DNA from: Octopus sinensis
Lineage: Eukaryota
Assembly (NCBI RefSeq): GCF_006345805.1
Contig: NC_043000.1
Span: forward strand, 143,406,001 to 143,470,000
DNA length: 64,000 nt
Reading direction: 5' to 3'
Shown one piece after another: positions 39,552 to 52,664 of the stretch. The position numbers and the translations under genes are program-made. Numbering within the stretch: the first letter of the stretch is position 1; each line of letters begins with the position of its first letter. The notes beneath the pieces are model-generated. The model saw nothing but the letters and a program-made list of their open reading frames with translations. It was not told the origin of the DNA and searched no databases.

Positions 39552-40587
39552 CTGTAGTTGCAAAGTTGCAAAGAATGTAAAATCAAAATGCTCTTCAATA
39601 GTTTGGTGGGAACAAAATCTTCTGCATGGTAACATGTGGCCTGTAGCAAACTAACTGGTATAGACCAGAAGCACACCCATTAGTCGCATGGAACTCAGGG
39701 CTAAGGCAGGGATTGAAGGCTTTATCTTGGCTCCCCAAGATCAGAGCTTATTGATCCGGAACTATCAAGCGAATGTTGTGAAAAATGGTATAGACCCAAA
39801 GTGCCGATACTGCAACGATGGGATAGAAACCACCGTCCCATCTAATCTCTGGATTAAGTTTTAGTGGCCCCTGTAGAGTGCAACGCTAGATATGAAAGTG
39901 TTGGTCAATATCTACAGTGGATAATGTGTCGGCATTATAGAATCAAAACTGCTGACAAATATAACTGAGGGAGAAAATGTAACTATTTGTTGGGACTTCC
40001 CAGTATGTACAGACCAGACCATCAAGGCAAATAAACCAGATATTGTAGTAAAAGACAAAGTCTGTTTATTGATTCACATGAGCATACCTTGTAACCATAA
40101 TATCTCGGCAAAAGAATCTGATAAGCGCCAGAAAATGTAAATATTTGCTAATCGAAATGCAAAAGATGCGAGATCTTAGGACTGTGACAATACCAGTGAT
40201 TATAGGAGCACTTGGAATGATCAAGAAAGAATTGAAAATTTAATTAGAATGATCCCTGTCATACCATCCATGCAGGAATTGCAAAAGCTTGTCTTAACTA
40301 GCATGTCACATGTATTGAGAGGAGCATTGGGGTTGTGAATTTTCTTTCTTTTTTCCCACTTTAGTTTCTGTACTTTTTCTATTTTTTCCTTTTTCTCTCT
40401 GTCTTCCCATTTTTCTCTATCATATGACTCTGTAAATAAACATTTTGATGTGTTTTTTTTTTAATGGCTTACCAGTGTATACCGTACGGTTCTCTGCCCT
40501 AGGAGTCCGTATGATACTCGGCAAAAAAAAAAAAGAAACATAATTGAAAGACCATGCTAATGAAAATAATATTAATAATAATAATTA
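39552..40587 (+). mobile_element. 5'-truncated, older R4/Dong-like LINE copy
   Basis: LHG...IEGFILAPQDQSLLIRNYQANVVKNGIDPKCRYCNDGIET...TIKAIKPDIVVKD..CLLIHMSIP...TIPVIIGALGMIKK...LQKLVLTSMSHVLRGALGL* (~40337), then a 3'UTR and an (AAT)-like tail at ~40560-40587. Preceded by (AAT)n(GAA)n at 39457-39551. Confidence 0.88.
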
Positions 40588-41016
40588 CTTCCTTTGACAC
40601 AATCTCACAGCATTTTCAGCGACGACTTGAAGGCCTCTTGTACATGATTGCTATGTAAAATTTCTCCCGACGTAATACGAATAGCAAAGTCGGCATCTGC
40701 ATGATATGAACTCGGAACGAAATAAGTATTAATAAAACAGCATTACAGTATATATCCCGACATTCTACCGGGTCTTCTATCCACTGCCCTTTGATGACTA
40801 TAATGAGGTTAAGGTTGAGCAGAGGGAGGAAGAAGGGGAGTTAGTAAACTAAGAGAAAGAAGACGACGAAAAGGCGCAATCAGTAAAAGCAAATATACAA
40901 TATGGTTCACGGTTAATTTGTGAGAACAGCTATAAATTGTTATGTTGATGTTCTGTTTGTTGTTGTTGTTGGGGTTGTTGCTAAATTCGTTGTTGATGTT
41001 GTTCGTGTTCTTATTG

Positions 41017-41099
41017 GTGCTAACGTTCGAGGTATTGTGCTAACGTTCGAGGTATTGTGCTAACGTTCGAGGTATTGTGCTAACGTTCGAGGTATTGTG
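41017..41099. repeat. Perfect 20-bp minisatellite (GTGCTAACGTTCGAGGTATT) x4
   Basis: Four identical contiguous units starting at 41017, 41037, 41057 and 41077. Confidence 0.97.
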
Positions 41100-42387
41100 G
41101 TTATGTATGTGTGAGTGTGGGAGGTTATGGTGTCGATGGTGGGTCAGTGGAATCTAATAAATCAAATTGAATCAATTTAAAGATAATCAATATAATCACT
41201 TGTCTGTCTCTCACACGTTCCCGCACAAATAGCAAACACAAAATAAAGAGATAGAAACAAAAAAAAAAAAAATCCACAAAAAAAACAAAATAATAATAAC
41301 AAGGCAAATAAAAAGATGAGGAGGAAAATATCAACAAATAAACAGAAATATATGTGCAAAAACAGGACTATCACTGAATTACATTAAGATAGTAAAAAGT
41401 GGAATATTTTTATGAACGGGTGTGTCTCTTTGTGCTTCTGTATGTGTGTGTTTGTTCGTGTGTGCAAATATATATTATGTATGTATGAATGTATGTATGT
41501 ATGTATGTATGTGTGCGTGAGTGCGTAGTTCAGAGTAGGTGTATAGGAAGGGGAGATAATAGAGAATATGAAACGACTTATTTCGCTTTAAATGTGTTGA
41601 GACTATACAGGATTATAGATAGTATTTGTTCTCGATGAGAAAACATTGAACCGAGAAAATAAGGGTAGGAGAAGATTTAACCGTGTTATTCTATTGTTTT
41701 GTATTGTTATGATTTGCATGATTTAATCTGTTGAGAAAGGTAGGCGCTTATACGGCTTTTCTAGAGTACTGAGACTGGGTGGAAAAAAGTGGTGGGTTAT
41801 CGTCAGGGAAAATGTTTCGTCTGAATGCATGGTTAATGTTTGGACTTGGTCTGAATGCTTCGCAACGTTTGGACACAAAGCCACGTTTTTGTGTAAAATC
41901 TCTTGATTTATTAGGACTACACTTGAAACCAGAAACTGTCCGAGGTCAAATGAATGAGTTTCTCGCAAATTCCGTCTACTAAATTTCATTCACAAATGTT
42001 TATAGATCTAAGGGTATGGTAGAAGGGTATTAGCCGAAGTGACACCGAATGGGGTGGGACCCAAATTCAGACAATCCCTAAGCAATTTCACGACACAGCA
42101 ATGGTTACGCCTTGTTATTTCATCTTAGTCTATCTTGATGGAGCGAATCATTTACATAAGACGTAAACATTGTCTCATTTTTGTATATCGGTGACTAAAG
42201 TTTACACATCATCCTTCTATTTTTAGAGAGGAAAATAGTATTTTAGCATTAATTTTTTTATCTATTCAGACAGAACTAATGTGGAGGCTATAAATAAAAT
42301 AATTTCTTCACGGGAAACGTAAGAAGTACGAATTATAATTTGAAACTGGAATGATAAAAAGAGATGCAAAATTGATATATATGTACG

Positions 42388-42418
<31 letters not shown>

Positions 42419-42471
42419 TATATAATATATACATCTATATATATTCGTGTATATATGTATATGTATATATA

Positions 42472-42511
<40 letters not shown>

Positions 42512-42685
42512 TAAATTATAGGGAATAAATCCAAATTTACAGGGAAAAATCAGATTTAGGATTAAATCGATTTTATAGTAGTAAATATTATAAAATATTA
42601 TTCGAGACAAAACCACTATTTTGCAAAACAAACAAGGAAAGACTTAATTAATACATAAAATTTTAATAAATAGTCACAAAAACCG

Positions 42686-42728
42686 CCACTACAATCGTTT
42701 CTTGTCTTGATCGACAATCTTCAGGTGG
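42686..42728 (-). ncRNA. Intact minimal type I hammerhead ribozyme motif
   Basis: CCAC-CUGAAGA-UUGUC(GAUCAA)GACAA-GAAA-CGAUUG-UA^GUGG: 4-bp stem I, full core, 5-bp stem II, short near-palindromic stem III, GUA triplet. Predicted cut between 42690 and 42689. Confidence 0.8.
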
Positions 42729-42803
42729 ACTTCCAATAATTCAGTGTCAAATTATGAAGTCATAAATTATGACTTCATAATTTGACACTGAATTATTGGA
42801 AGT

Positions 42804-42846
42804 CCACCTGAAGATTGTCGATCAAGACAAGAAACGATTGTATGGC
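42804..42846 (+). ncRNA. Mirror hammerhead motif with 1-nt deletion after the cleavage site
   Basis: CCAC-CUGAAGA-UUGUC(GAUCAA)GACAA-GAAA-CGAUUG-UA-UGG. G1.1 of stem I is missing. Confidence 0.68.
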
Positions 42847-43103
42847 GGTTTTTTTGACTATTTATTAAAATTTTATTTATTAATTAGTCTTTCCTTGTTT
42901 GTTTTTGCAAAATAGTGGTTTTGTCTCGATAATATTTTATATATATATATATACATATATATATATGTGCATATACAATTATATATTACATACATATATA
43001 CATGTAATATATAGACACATATATATATGCGTATAAATATATCCATTATATTCATATATATATGTATATATAACATATTATATACGTATATATATATATA
43101 TAT

Positions 43104-43134
<31 letters not shown>

Positions 43135-44735
43135 CATTACAATACAAATATATATATAAATACATACCTATATATTAAATACATATATATAGATATATAT
43201 ATACATACATACGTATAAATATCTATACATATATGTATTTATGTATATATAATAGATATATTAGAAGAAATGAGGTAATCATAAGATCGGATGGTTCATG
43301 TTTATAGATATTTATTTATATATTACATTTTTTACATATATATATCATATCTTTCAGATCATATCACTCAGATTATTAGCGCTTTTCTCCCATTCCAGTG
43401 GGGTTTTCAAGTCAAATCCTATATATACATATATATATATTATGTATTTATGTATATATATATTATAATATATATATATATATATAATATATTATAAAAG
43501 ATATAAATATCGATATAATATATATATATATATAGTTGTGTGTGTATTTTTGTATATATATATATATATACAGACTCCAGTACTTATTTCATTTTTAAGC
43601 TTGCGACTCGTTCTGTCGTATATTTTTACCGAATCACTAACTTACGGGGACGTAAACACATTGATAGCGAGTGTTTTGAGGCAGAGGGGGATAAACCCCA
43701 CCACACACACAAAAATATATGTCGGGATTTAGTTACCGTCTATGGAATCCACTCTGAACAATTTTTAACAAAAACACCTTTAAATGACAGTTTGACCGTA
43801 TGCTAAGCAAATGGGAAGCAGTAACTGAAGTAGATGGTGAATATGCTCCGGAACAATCATTTAAAGATGTTTTTGTTACATGTTGTTATTGTTTTTGTTG
43901 AATAAAATTTGTTGAAAAAAAAGCCGAAATAATTATGTGCCAACTCAATACATATATACATGCGTGTATGTGTGACGGGTTTGCGCGTGTGTGTGTATAC
44001 ACGAACACCCACTCGCATGCTCATACATGTGCACAACCATACATCGTGTGTATGCCTATGATTCCATATATGCCTGTATGCATTTGCGCATGTGCTGCAT
44101 TACTATAATACATTAACAGATTTTCAACCACGCCTAATGAAAATGAAATATAATTTATGTGGATGCGTTTATTTTCAATAGAGGTAAGAAGACACATGAT
44201 ATCTTGTATTCGATAGTTATAAATACATAATGTATAAATATTTAAGCTGAGGCTAGATTTATTAATGACATAAGACAGATTCACTTTTAAAATGTCCCTG
44301 CTAAATTCCAAATTCCAAATATATTATGATTTTCCTCAAATAAATTGTAGGCTCCGAGGGAAAATTGGATACGATTATTATCACTTAACCTCAATTTTCC
44401 CTTCTTTGTCTATTAAGTTACGCTTCGGTTATCTTGATGTGTGATATATTTACAGCCATAAGAATATCATTGTAATAGGATATATATTACGTGATGGTAT
44501 TGTTTGCAATTGAGATATATTCACTTTCCTTTTCCTTCTTTACTTTCTCTCGTCGTATGAAACTATGTAGATGAATATAGAAACAAATTAACACGGAGAT
44601 AATTAAAATATGTATCACGATTCATTTTTAGATCACATTGGTGTTATAGTTGTTGATAGATATAAATGCAAAAGTTTTCCTCTTCGAAGGGATGATCATG
44701 GAAGTGGAAGTGTATTTTCGTATTTATCATATATA

Positions 44736-44938
44736 GGCGCAGGAGTGACTGTGTGGTAAGAAGCTTGCTTCTCAACCACATGCTTCCTGGTTCAGTCTCA
44801 CTTCATGGCACCTTAGGCAGGTGTCTTCTACTATAGCCTCGGGCCGACCAAAGCCTTGTGACTGAATTTGGTAGAGGGAAACAGGAAGAAGTCCATCGTG
44901 TATATGTGTGTGTTTGTCCCTGCACCATCGCTTGACTG
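44736..44938 (+). mobile_element. SINE 5' half (left side of inversion breakpoint)
   Basis: AGGCGCAGGAGTGACTGTGTGGTAAG...GGTTCAGTCTCAC...CTATAGCCTCGGGCCGACCAAAGCCTTGTG...CATCGCTTGAC. Same family as the full minus-strand copy at 55015-55421. Confidence 0.9.
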
Positions 44939-45754
44939 TAAAAACGCACAGAAAAAAACATGCCACCCAAAATTTACAAGATAACACTTTGAAAGAGGAA
45001 AACAGCTTACTGATGCACCAATAGTGGCATCCCCGCTCTAGTGTGGTGTTATAAGAAAAGCGTCTGCATGTTATCCACAATGCATTCTGCAAGCATGAAG
45101 GAGACAAGGAAACACGATGCGAACGGTAATGCCATAATGAAATCTTGTGTAGTTGTTTCATACAACGAAGGGATGGGCAAGGTCGATCGCTGAGATCAGT
45201 TGGCGACGACACACAAATGGATGAGTAAATTTGTGAAATGGCACAAACATTTTTTCTTGTATATAGTTGACATATGTGTCATGAACTCACAATTGATTTG
45301 GCAGATGATTGGTGATGTTCGGGAGGGATTGCCATTCTGGGATCTGTTATTCCGTGAAATGACAGAAGCATGAGATCCTCCAAATTACAGAACGCGTAGA
45401 CCTCCCCATGCCGAACTCTCTCCTCATCGCATGGTGAACGAACGTGGACTGTTTCAATCTACCGCCATGAAGACAAATGCTTCAAAGAGACGCGTAGTAT
45501 GTAAAGCAAAAGGGAAATGTAAGTGATATACCACTGTGTGTGGTACCCTATTTTGAACTCTACTACACTAAAATCAGTTTTTGAATTCACGTGATTGTAA
45601 ATACACGAAGTTGATCTAAATTGTGCTGTCGAGTGATCTTATTTAGGAATAATACCGCATGAGCGTCCTCCAGAGTGATATAATTTAAATAAATAAACAG
45701 TACTTGCACTAAAGTGCTTGACGTAAATATACGCCGAACGTTATATCGTGTTAA
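44934..45754 (+). mobile_element. piggyBac transposon, 3' part (third catalytic Asp, Cys-rich tail, degenerate TIR + TTAA)
   Basis: TVKTHRK(fs)NMPPKF...SGIPALVWCYKKSVCMLSTMH...KSCVVVSYNEGMGKVDR*DQ...KFVKWHKHFF(fs)LYIVDICVMNS...KRRVVCKAKGK...PLCVVPYF. A possible TIR ends ...ATCGTG+TTAA at 45751-45754 (the TIR call is weaker). Confidence 0.85.
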
Positions 45755-46204
45755 GCGATGACCTCAATCGCGATTACCGTTGCTGCAAGCAGGCAAACGA
45801 ATGAATCACTGCTGTAAAATATTTAAAACTTTATTCTATTGGTTTACATTCCAACACAATCGGATTTATTTAAACGTAATTTCAACACCAAGTTTCTCTC
45901 TACATACACTGCGGTTATAATGTTCGTATATTATATTTCAATAGTGCTTGTGAGGCAGTTTTTGATTGTTCAGTTGATTTTGTAAAATGAGGAGGCAGTC
46001 AAATATTTCTCTCAAATCATTAGTTACCGTCTCAAAATGCGAAGAAAATTTGTATAATTCTACATTCGTTTTGTAAAGATAGAATGGAAAATGATTACCA
46101 CAGAAAAGTATCTTTACTCATACGTTTTCTTGATAAAGATTGATCTAAATCTTAACACGATGCGAAGTGAAGACTTATTTGAATTTGCGTCTAGTGATTC
46201 TTTT

Positions 46205-46347
46205 ATACTTTTATTATTTTACTTGCTTCAGTGATTTGATTGCCGTCATGCTGGAGCACCGCCTTTAGTCGAGCAAATCGACGTCAGGACTCATTCTCTC
46301 AGTTACAGGACTCATTCTCTAAGTTACGGGGCGGAAACACACCAGTC
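46205..46347 (-). mobile_element. SINE 3' half (inside the inverted segment)
   Basis: Reverse complement CTGGTGTGTTTCCGCCCCGTAACTTAG...GATTTGCTCGACTAAAGGCGGTGCTCCAGCATG continues the SINE broken at 44938. Confidence 0.88.
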
Positions 46348-47812
46348 CTCTCCTCGCCTGCTGCTGCAGGAAGAGGTCTGACCTAGATAACCAGTTGTCC
46401 ATATAAATATTGTAGACTTTGTCAAGCAAGTTTTCCTTCAGCGACACCATGACATCAGCTGACGCTAGAGTAGACGCCGGAAGACCCAAATGTCTCCTAA
46501 CCAGTGTAGATTTTGTATTTCCACGTGTACTTATAAGCTTTGCAAGTTAACTGGCATAATTTATAAATCTTGACTCCAAAGCGAGTACGTTTAGTCAGGT
46601 TGTTTTGTTTGAATCAAAGCCTTCCTTCAATTTCCACAAACTCGCGCCGTACAAATGTCATGTGTGTGGGCATACACCATTCTGAAATTTTCAGTCACTT
46701 CGTATCAGCAGGGCAAGTAGAACTTTGATTTCGTCTCCTGGCTCTGACATACTGGGGATGGTTTTCAGCATAAACATTCGTTTCTTCCATTATAAATTGG
46801 AGAATTGGAGTATTTCATGTTTTAAAAAACCATGGAAGATTTCTAATCGCGAACTTCCATGGCCAAGGTTTGCCTTTATGCCAGGCCTTAACAGTAAACC
46901 CATCGGACGAAATTGTTTCACTCGCCAAACGATATTCGTTAGTCCAGAGCCATTCACTGTTACCCTCCTGCACCTTTGATTTACCGGAATATCATCATCT
47001 CTATCATAAGCATGTCATTCGGAGTCATCGTCCGAATCGGAAGATGCAACTGGTGAGGTGGTGCAGCTTGGTGTAGCTCAGCACGACGACCGTAAATTCG
47101 ACGAAACAGAGCGCGTCGACGAAGTTGAGGGGCTGTAATGGTAGGACGCAGCGACGGATCCAGAGTGATAGGACGCGATGACAAAATTGACGGACCCGGA
47201 GTGTTAGGATGTGACGACGAATTCCACGGAGCCGGATTAGGTAAGAGGTTACGACGAAGTTGACAGAGCCGGAGTGGTAGGACGCGTCGACCGTACATTC
47301 GTCGAAACAGGACGCGACGACAATGCTGACGGAAATGGAGTAGTACAACGTGAGGATGCACGAATGGCAAGACGTGATGAAGAACGCGACGAAGCCGGTG
47401 TATTGGGACCTAATGACGAAATGAGTGTGGTGAGACGCGACTATAAATTACGTGCAGGACCAGAACATTCAGCTACAACTGAATATATGCGGGTACTGGC
47501 AGCACGAGATGAACATAAATTGGTTTTGAGTTGAATGGAAGCCATATTACTAATGTGGTATAATCACCAAAACTACTATTCATATAGGAATAAAGCCTAC
47601 ATCCTGGCTGTAAATATTTACATGAAACTTATAACAAGCCTATCGAGTTGTAAATATTTACATGAAACATCTAATCGGCCTATCAGTTGGCATGTGGACT
47701 GGTACTATCTCAGGTGACGGGTTCTAAGTCAGTCGGCTTATAATTACATCGACCGATTTAAAGCATGTACATTGTGTGCGTAAAATTACATCAAGTGTTT
47801 TAAAAGGGTTAA
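46343..47812 (-). mobile_element. piggyBac transposon, 5' part (TTAA+CCC TIR, N-terminal repeat, first two catalytic Asp regions)
   Basis: TTAA (47809-47812) then CCCTTTTAAAACACTTGATGTAATT. Minus-strand translation gives TPAPSTSSSRPT-like repeats, SSDSDDDSE, FTVK..PGIK...IMEETNVYAENHP, a deletion, then ICT...SLWKLKG...TKRTRFGVKIYKLCQ...YTWKYKIYTG...VMVSLKENLLDKVYNIYMDNW. Confidence 0.88.
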
Positions 47813-48039
47813 CTTTGTTACGTATATATTTATATACGCATAGGGGAGGCTTATTTATTCTCGCTTGAGCTCATAGCACACATATTTAAGAATATATGAG
47901 TATTTTCGTACTTATAGATAGCAGAACAACTGAACTGAAAACGCTATGCAAAATTAGTCTACATATATTTCATGCTGAAAAGATAATAATAATTACTCAA
48001 GCGTCTATTTATGTATGACCACACACACATACACAAACA

Positions 48040-48070
<31 letters not shown>

Positions 48071-49479
48071 GACATATATATATATATATGTATATGTGTG
48101 TGTGTCTGTCCCTGTGTCTGTGTTTGTGTGTATGTATGCATACGTATATGTATATAAAGGAGTATTGTAATTTTGTGGAAGCACTGCCATTTAAAAATGT
48201 TGTACAAACATTTGAATAATGCAACTGAGTCAAAATTTTATAGTGATACATGGAAATGAAAGAGAAATAAAACATGTTGTATTGCCGGACATAGATTGCA
48301 TAAATGATTCTATAATATTTCGGAAAAGGTTTCTCTTATCAAATATAAAATCTTGGAGAAATGTTTTGCTATCTCCAACATTTCACACACACGCACACAC
48401 ACACACACACACACACACGCACGAACACACACACACACACATACAGAGAGAGAGAGAGAAATATATCTGCCATTTGTCCAATAAGCCGTTAGACAACATT
48501 TTAATCCTGTTAGTGTGCGATGTGAGGGTATCAAATTTTACTAAATATATACACAAATATTTTATATGAAAATAATGCTCTCTGCTATAGGCACAAGGCC
48601 TGAAACATTTTGAGAACCATATATACGAGTACATCGATTCCAGTCTTCAACAGTTGCTTATTTCATCGAATATCAAATCAGCCACGGTGGAATTTGAACT
48701 GAGAACGCAAAAACAGACGAAATTAAGCTTCTGACTTCGTTCGATGCGCTATTGTGCCAGTTTGGCACTTTAGATTTATCGATGAATAAAACACACATAA
48801 TCGAAAGCTTGAATAGTTATTGTCTAAAATCAAGTATTGAAATAAAGGACATTGTTGAACTCACTAATACAAGCTTATCCCCACAAAACAAGTCCCTCTT
48901 ATAGTAAGAGAGACATGACCAGCATTGTGAACAATAACTGTAAAATATCGAACTCACTGTTCTTTCAAAAAGGCATTTTAACGGTTCTGTTTATGAAATC
49001 TGCTAAGGAAGATGAAGTAAAGAATTGCAATATAACGGAATAACACAAAAGGAGTATAATTACAATAATAGAAAAACATATTTACAATGAATATCCGCAT
49101 CACAAAAAAGAAAAGATGAAATGTGTATCCCCTACACGCAGAAACATCAGAAGCGGGAGAGGAAAACTATCAGGAACGGTAGAACATATAAATATAACAA
49201 TTGAAGCAACAATTCCAGTGTAGCAAAGCAGCTGCCAAAGTCCGATAAATTCCATAGGAAAGTCTTGTACAATGGAGATTTGGTATTTCTGTCATTACGA
49301 CACACATATTCATGTAGTAGAGGTTGTTTCCAGGTTGTAGCAAAATAAAAAGGAAAAGGAAGAGTGTAAACGAGAAATAAAAAAAAAAAGAATTGCATAA
49401 AAAAGATACACAGCAATATAAGGTGTGAAGAGGACAAGTTGTTTACTCCGCTTCTCATATTTTAGCAGACATTACGTAA

Positions 49480-50010
<531 letters not shown>

Positions 50011-51482
50011 GAAGTTGTTTATCATTCAACGATAATGTGACCGAATTTAAATTTCCAGTCAGAATCATGTCATGTATCTCCTTACAACATTTGTATAGGT
50101 CCTCTCAGACTGCGGCAGCTGCACCGCTACATTAGAATTTCTGTTTCGATTGTTACACCACAGATTAATATTTTCTACTAACGCTTTGTGTGCTATACGT
50201 ATTTAGACTACCAGCTTCTTAGCTGTTATGTTGTAAGTGACACAACTGTTACTTCAGAAAGAACTAAAATAGTTATTCAGAAATGATTTTCTGCCAGCTC
50301 TACCCTAAAATATTGCAACTAGTCCTTAATGAGTAAATTTTAATCAAAGTAGGTGAGGTTTTCATAGACACCACCTATATCCTTAACGTAATCTCAATCA
50401 AAATTTAATACGAGAATTTGTATAAGAAAAAAGAAACGGGTTATTTGGTTTAACGGTACCAAATTCCAGGCCTAATGTTTGTATTGATACAGAAAGAACG
50501 TAGAAGCTACTTATTCAAAGATACCTTGTAGTGAAGCTGAAGCCATGGTGTAATAGTTGTGAAGGAAACTTTTATCCTACATAACCATGGACGTGTTTTA
50601 AACAAGGCTCTTAAGAAACACTCGCCCCGATACAGTTTCGTTTGCCCTTTAAATATATATGCGTTTGTGTGTGTGTGTATACTTGTGTGGATTTGTGAGG
50701 GCTATACAAGTTCCATTCCTTAGCCTCATTTCTTTTTCACTTGATGTGTCAGAAATAATGGGTATTTGTCCGTGAAACGGGCACATATCGTTTGCTAGTA
50801 ACATATCAGGTGACGCAATCGTGCTCGTTTACAATATGCTCACCTGAAATTTTTGCAATTTTAAATTAAGTATTTATAGTATTTAGAGTTTACGTGTCCG
50901 ATACATAATTAACAAAACAGGTAGTTTGGTAAAGAGGTGCAGAATTGGTTATATTTAGATATATTTGGTAAAGTGGTGTATAATAGGCTATGCTTGTCAC
51001 ATATTTTAAAACTGAATCAAATCGCAAACATATTTTACCGCACCTAAATTTCGCTTATGCCTACACACTGCCTGGCGTTGATGTTACTGATTTCCTTCGG
51101 ATCTGGCGCTCGAATAGCGCAACTCAGCCAATGTTGTTGTCTGCGATTTAGCAAAATTTACGTCTTTAAATATGCCCAGAGTTACCTGTCTTCGATATTT
51201 CCCATTGGTGCAGCTAAAGTGCTAAAAACTCTGTCTGTAGAAATTCGAGAGGAGGTGACACTGCGCAGTTATGTTGTTCGTAAACCTTTTACCATAAGTA
51301 GTAAGACTTTCTCCACGGTGAATAAATACGGTGAATTTGCCTTTAAAAGTTGAAATAGGTTACAAACCTATTTTAACTAACCATAAGTTCGGTTCTGCCT
51401 TGACACTGCTTGGTTCTGATACTGCTACACACACACAAACACAAAGACATATATATCTATATATATATACATGCATACATAC

Positions 51483-51592
<110 letters not shown>

Positions 51593-52362
51593 AGCAGAGA
51601 TAAACGATGAAAATATTTTACGGGTACATAACTCCTAAAAAGAAAACAAAATTAACGCATTGCTGTAATCAATGCTTTACAAAATTGTGATTTATTAAAG
51701 TTGTCCTAAGTTCAAATCGAATAACAGAGAAGTGTGTGGTGGCTGTAATGTTTGAGAGATTTCGGTATACAACATTTGTATATTCTACAAATGTCAAATT
51801 CCTGTAAATAGTCTTAAGTCCATTCTGCCACTAACAAATTCGCTTCCTACATTGAAATGCATGCGATAGCTACTTGATAATATACAATCTACTTCCATTA
51901 GCGCAGACATATTTCATATTACTCTAGCTCAAAACACTGTGAAGTATTCTACTTACTTCAAATACGATGAGTGGTCACACGATGAATTGTCATCGTCAGC
52001 AGCATGTAAATGCATTGAAATAAGCACACATAGTCGCACGCACACACGTAAAAACAAGCACACACTGACTGTCTCGCACACACACAAACCCATAATGATT
52101 GAAATCAGAAGTATCTAGCAGTAATTAGGGAACTTGTTATTCTGATCTATGTCCAATTTAAATAATGATCTGTTCCTTATGTGTATGTGACTCGTTAGCA
52201 AAGTTACTTTGATCTCGTTACAATTCAGTCGGAGTTGCTTTTTTTTTTAACTGTGTAGCTGTTTCACTCTCTTATTATGCATCTATATATGTGTATATGA
52301 GCACGTGTACGCGTATCTTATGTATGCATGAACTTGCAAGCGCATATATACATATATATATA

Positions 52363-52442
<80 letters not shown>

Positions 52443-52617
52443 TGTATGTATGTATACGTTGCATATACTTACGCACAGACGCCTATAAAAATATATATAA
52501 TATATATATATACATATATATATATATGGTATATATAGATAGATAGTACTGTTATTATAGCATATTATATTTGGTATGAGAAGTATGTATGTGTGTGTAT
52601 GTTATATGTATGTGTGT

Positions 52618-52664
<47 letters not shown>

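Larger units (their letters stand above)
42589..42941. repeat. Near-perfect 353-bp palindrome (1-nt centre at 42766) of a hammerhead-bearing unit
   Basis: 42589-42765 is the reverse complement of 42767-42941, with about six small differences counted by eye. Confidence 0.97.

Noticed and set aside
41017-41099. CRISPR-like array
   Set aside because: Contiguous repeats with no spacers, eukaryotic context and no cas genes.
51170-51235. Possible 49-nt minus-strand exon (CTACAG|...GACAG|GTAACT)
   Set aside because: Such splice-like pairs arise by chance, and there is no homology or partner exon.
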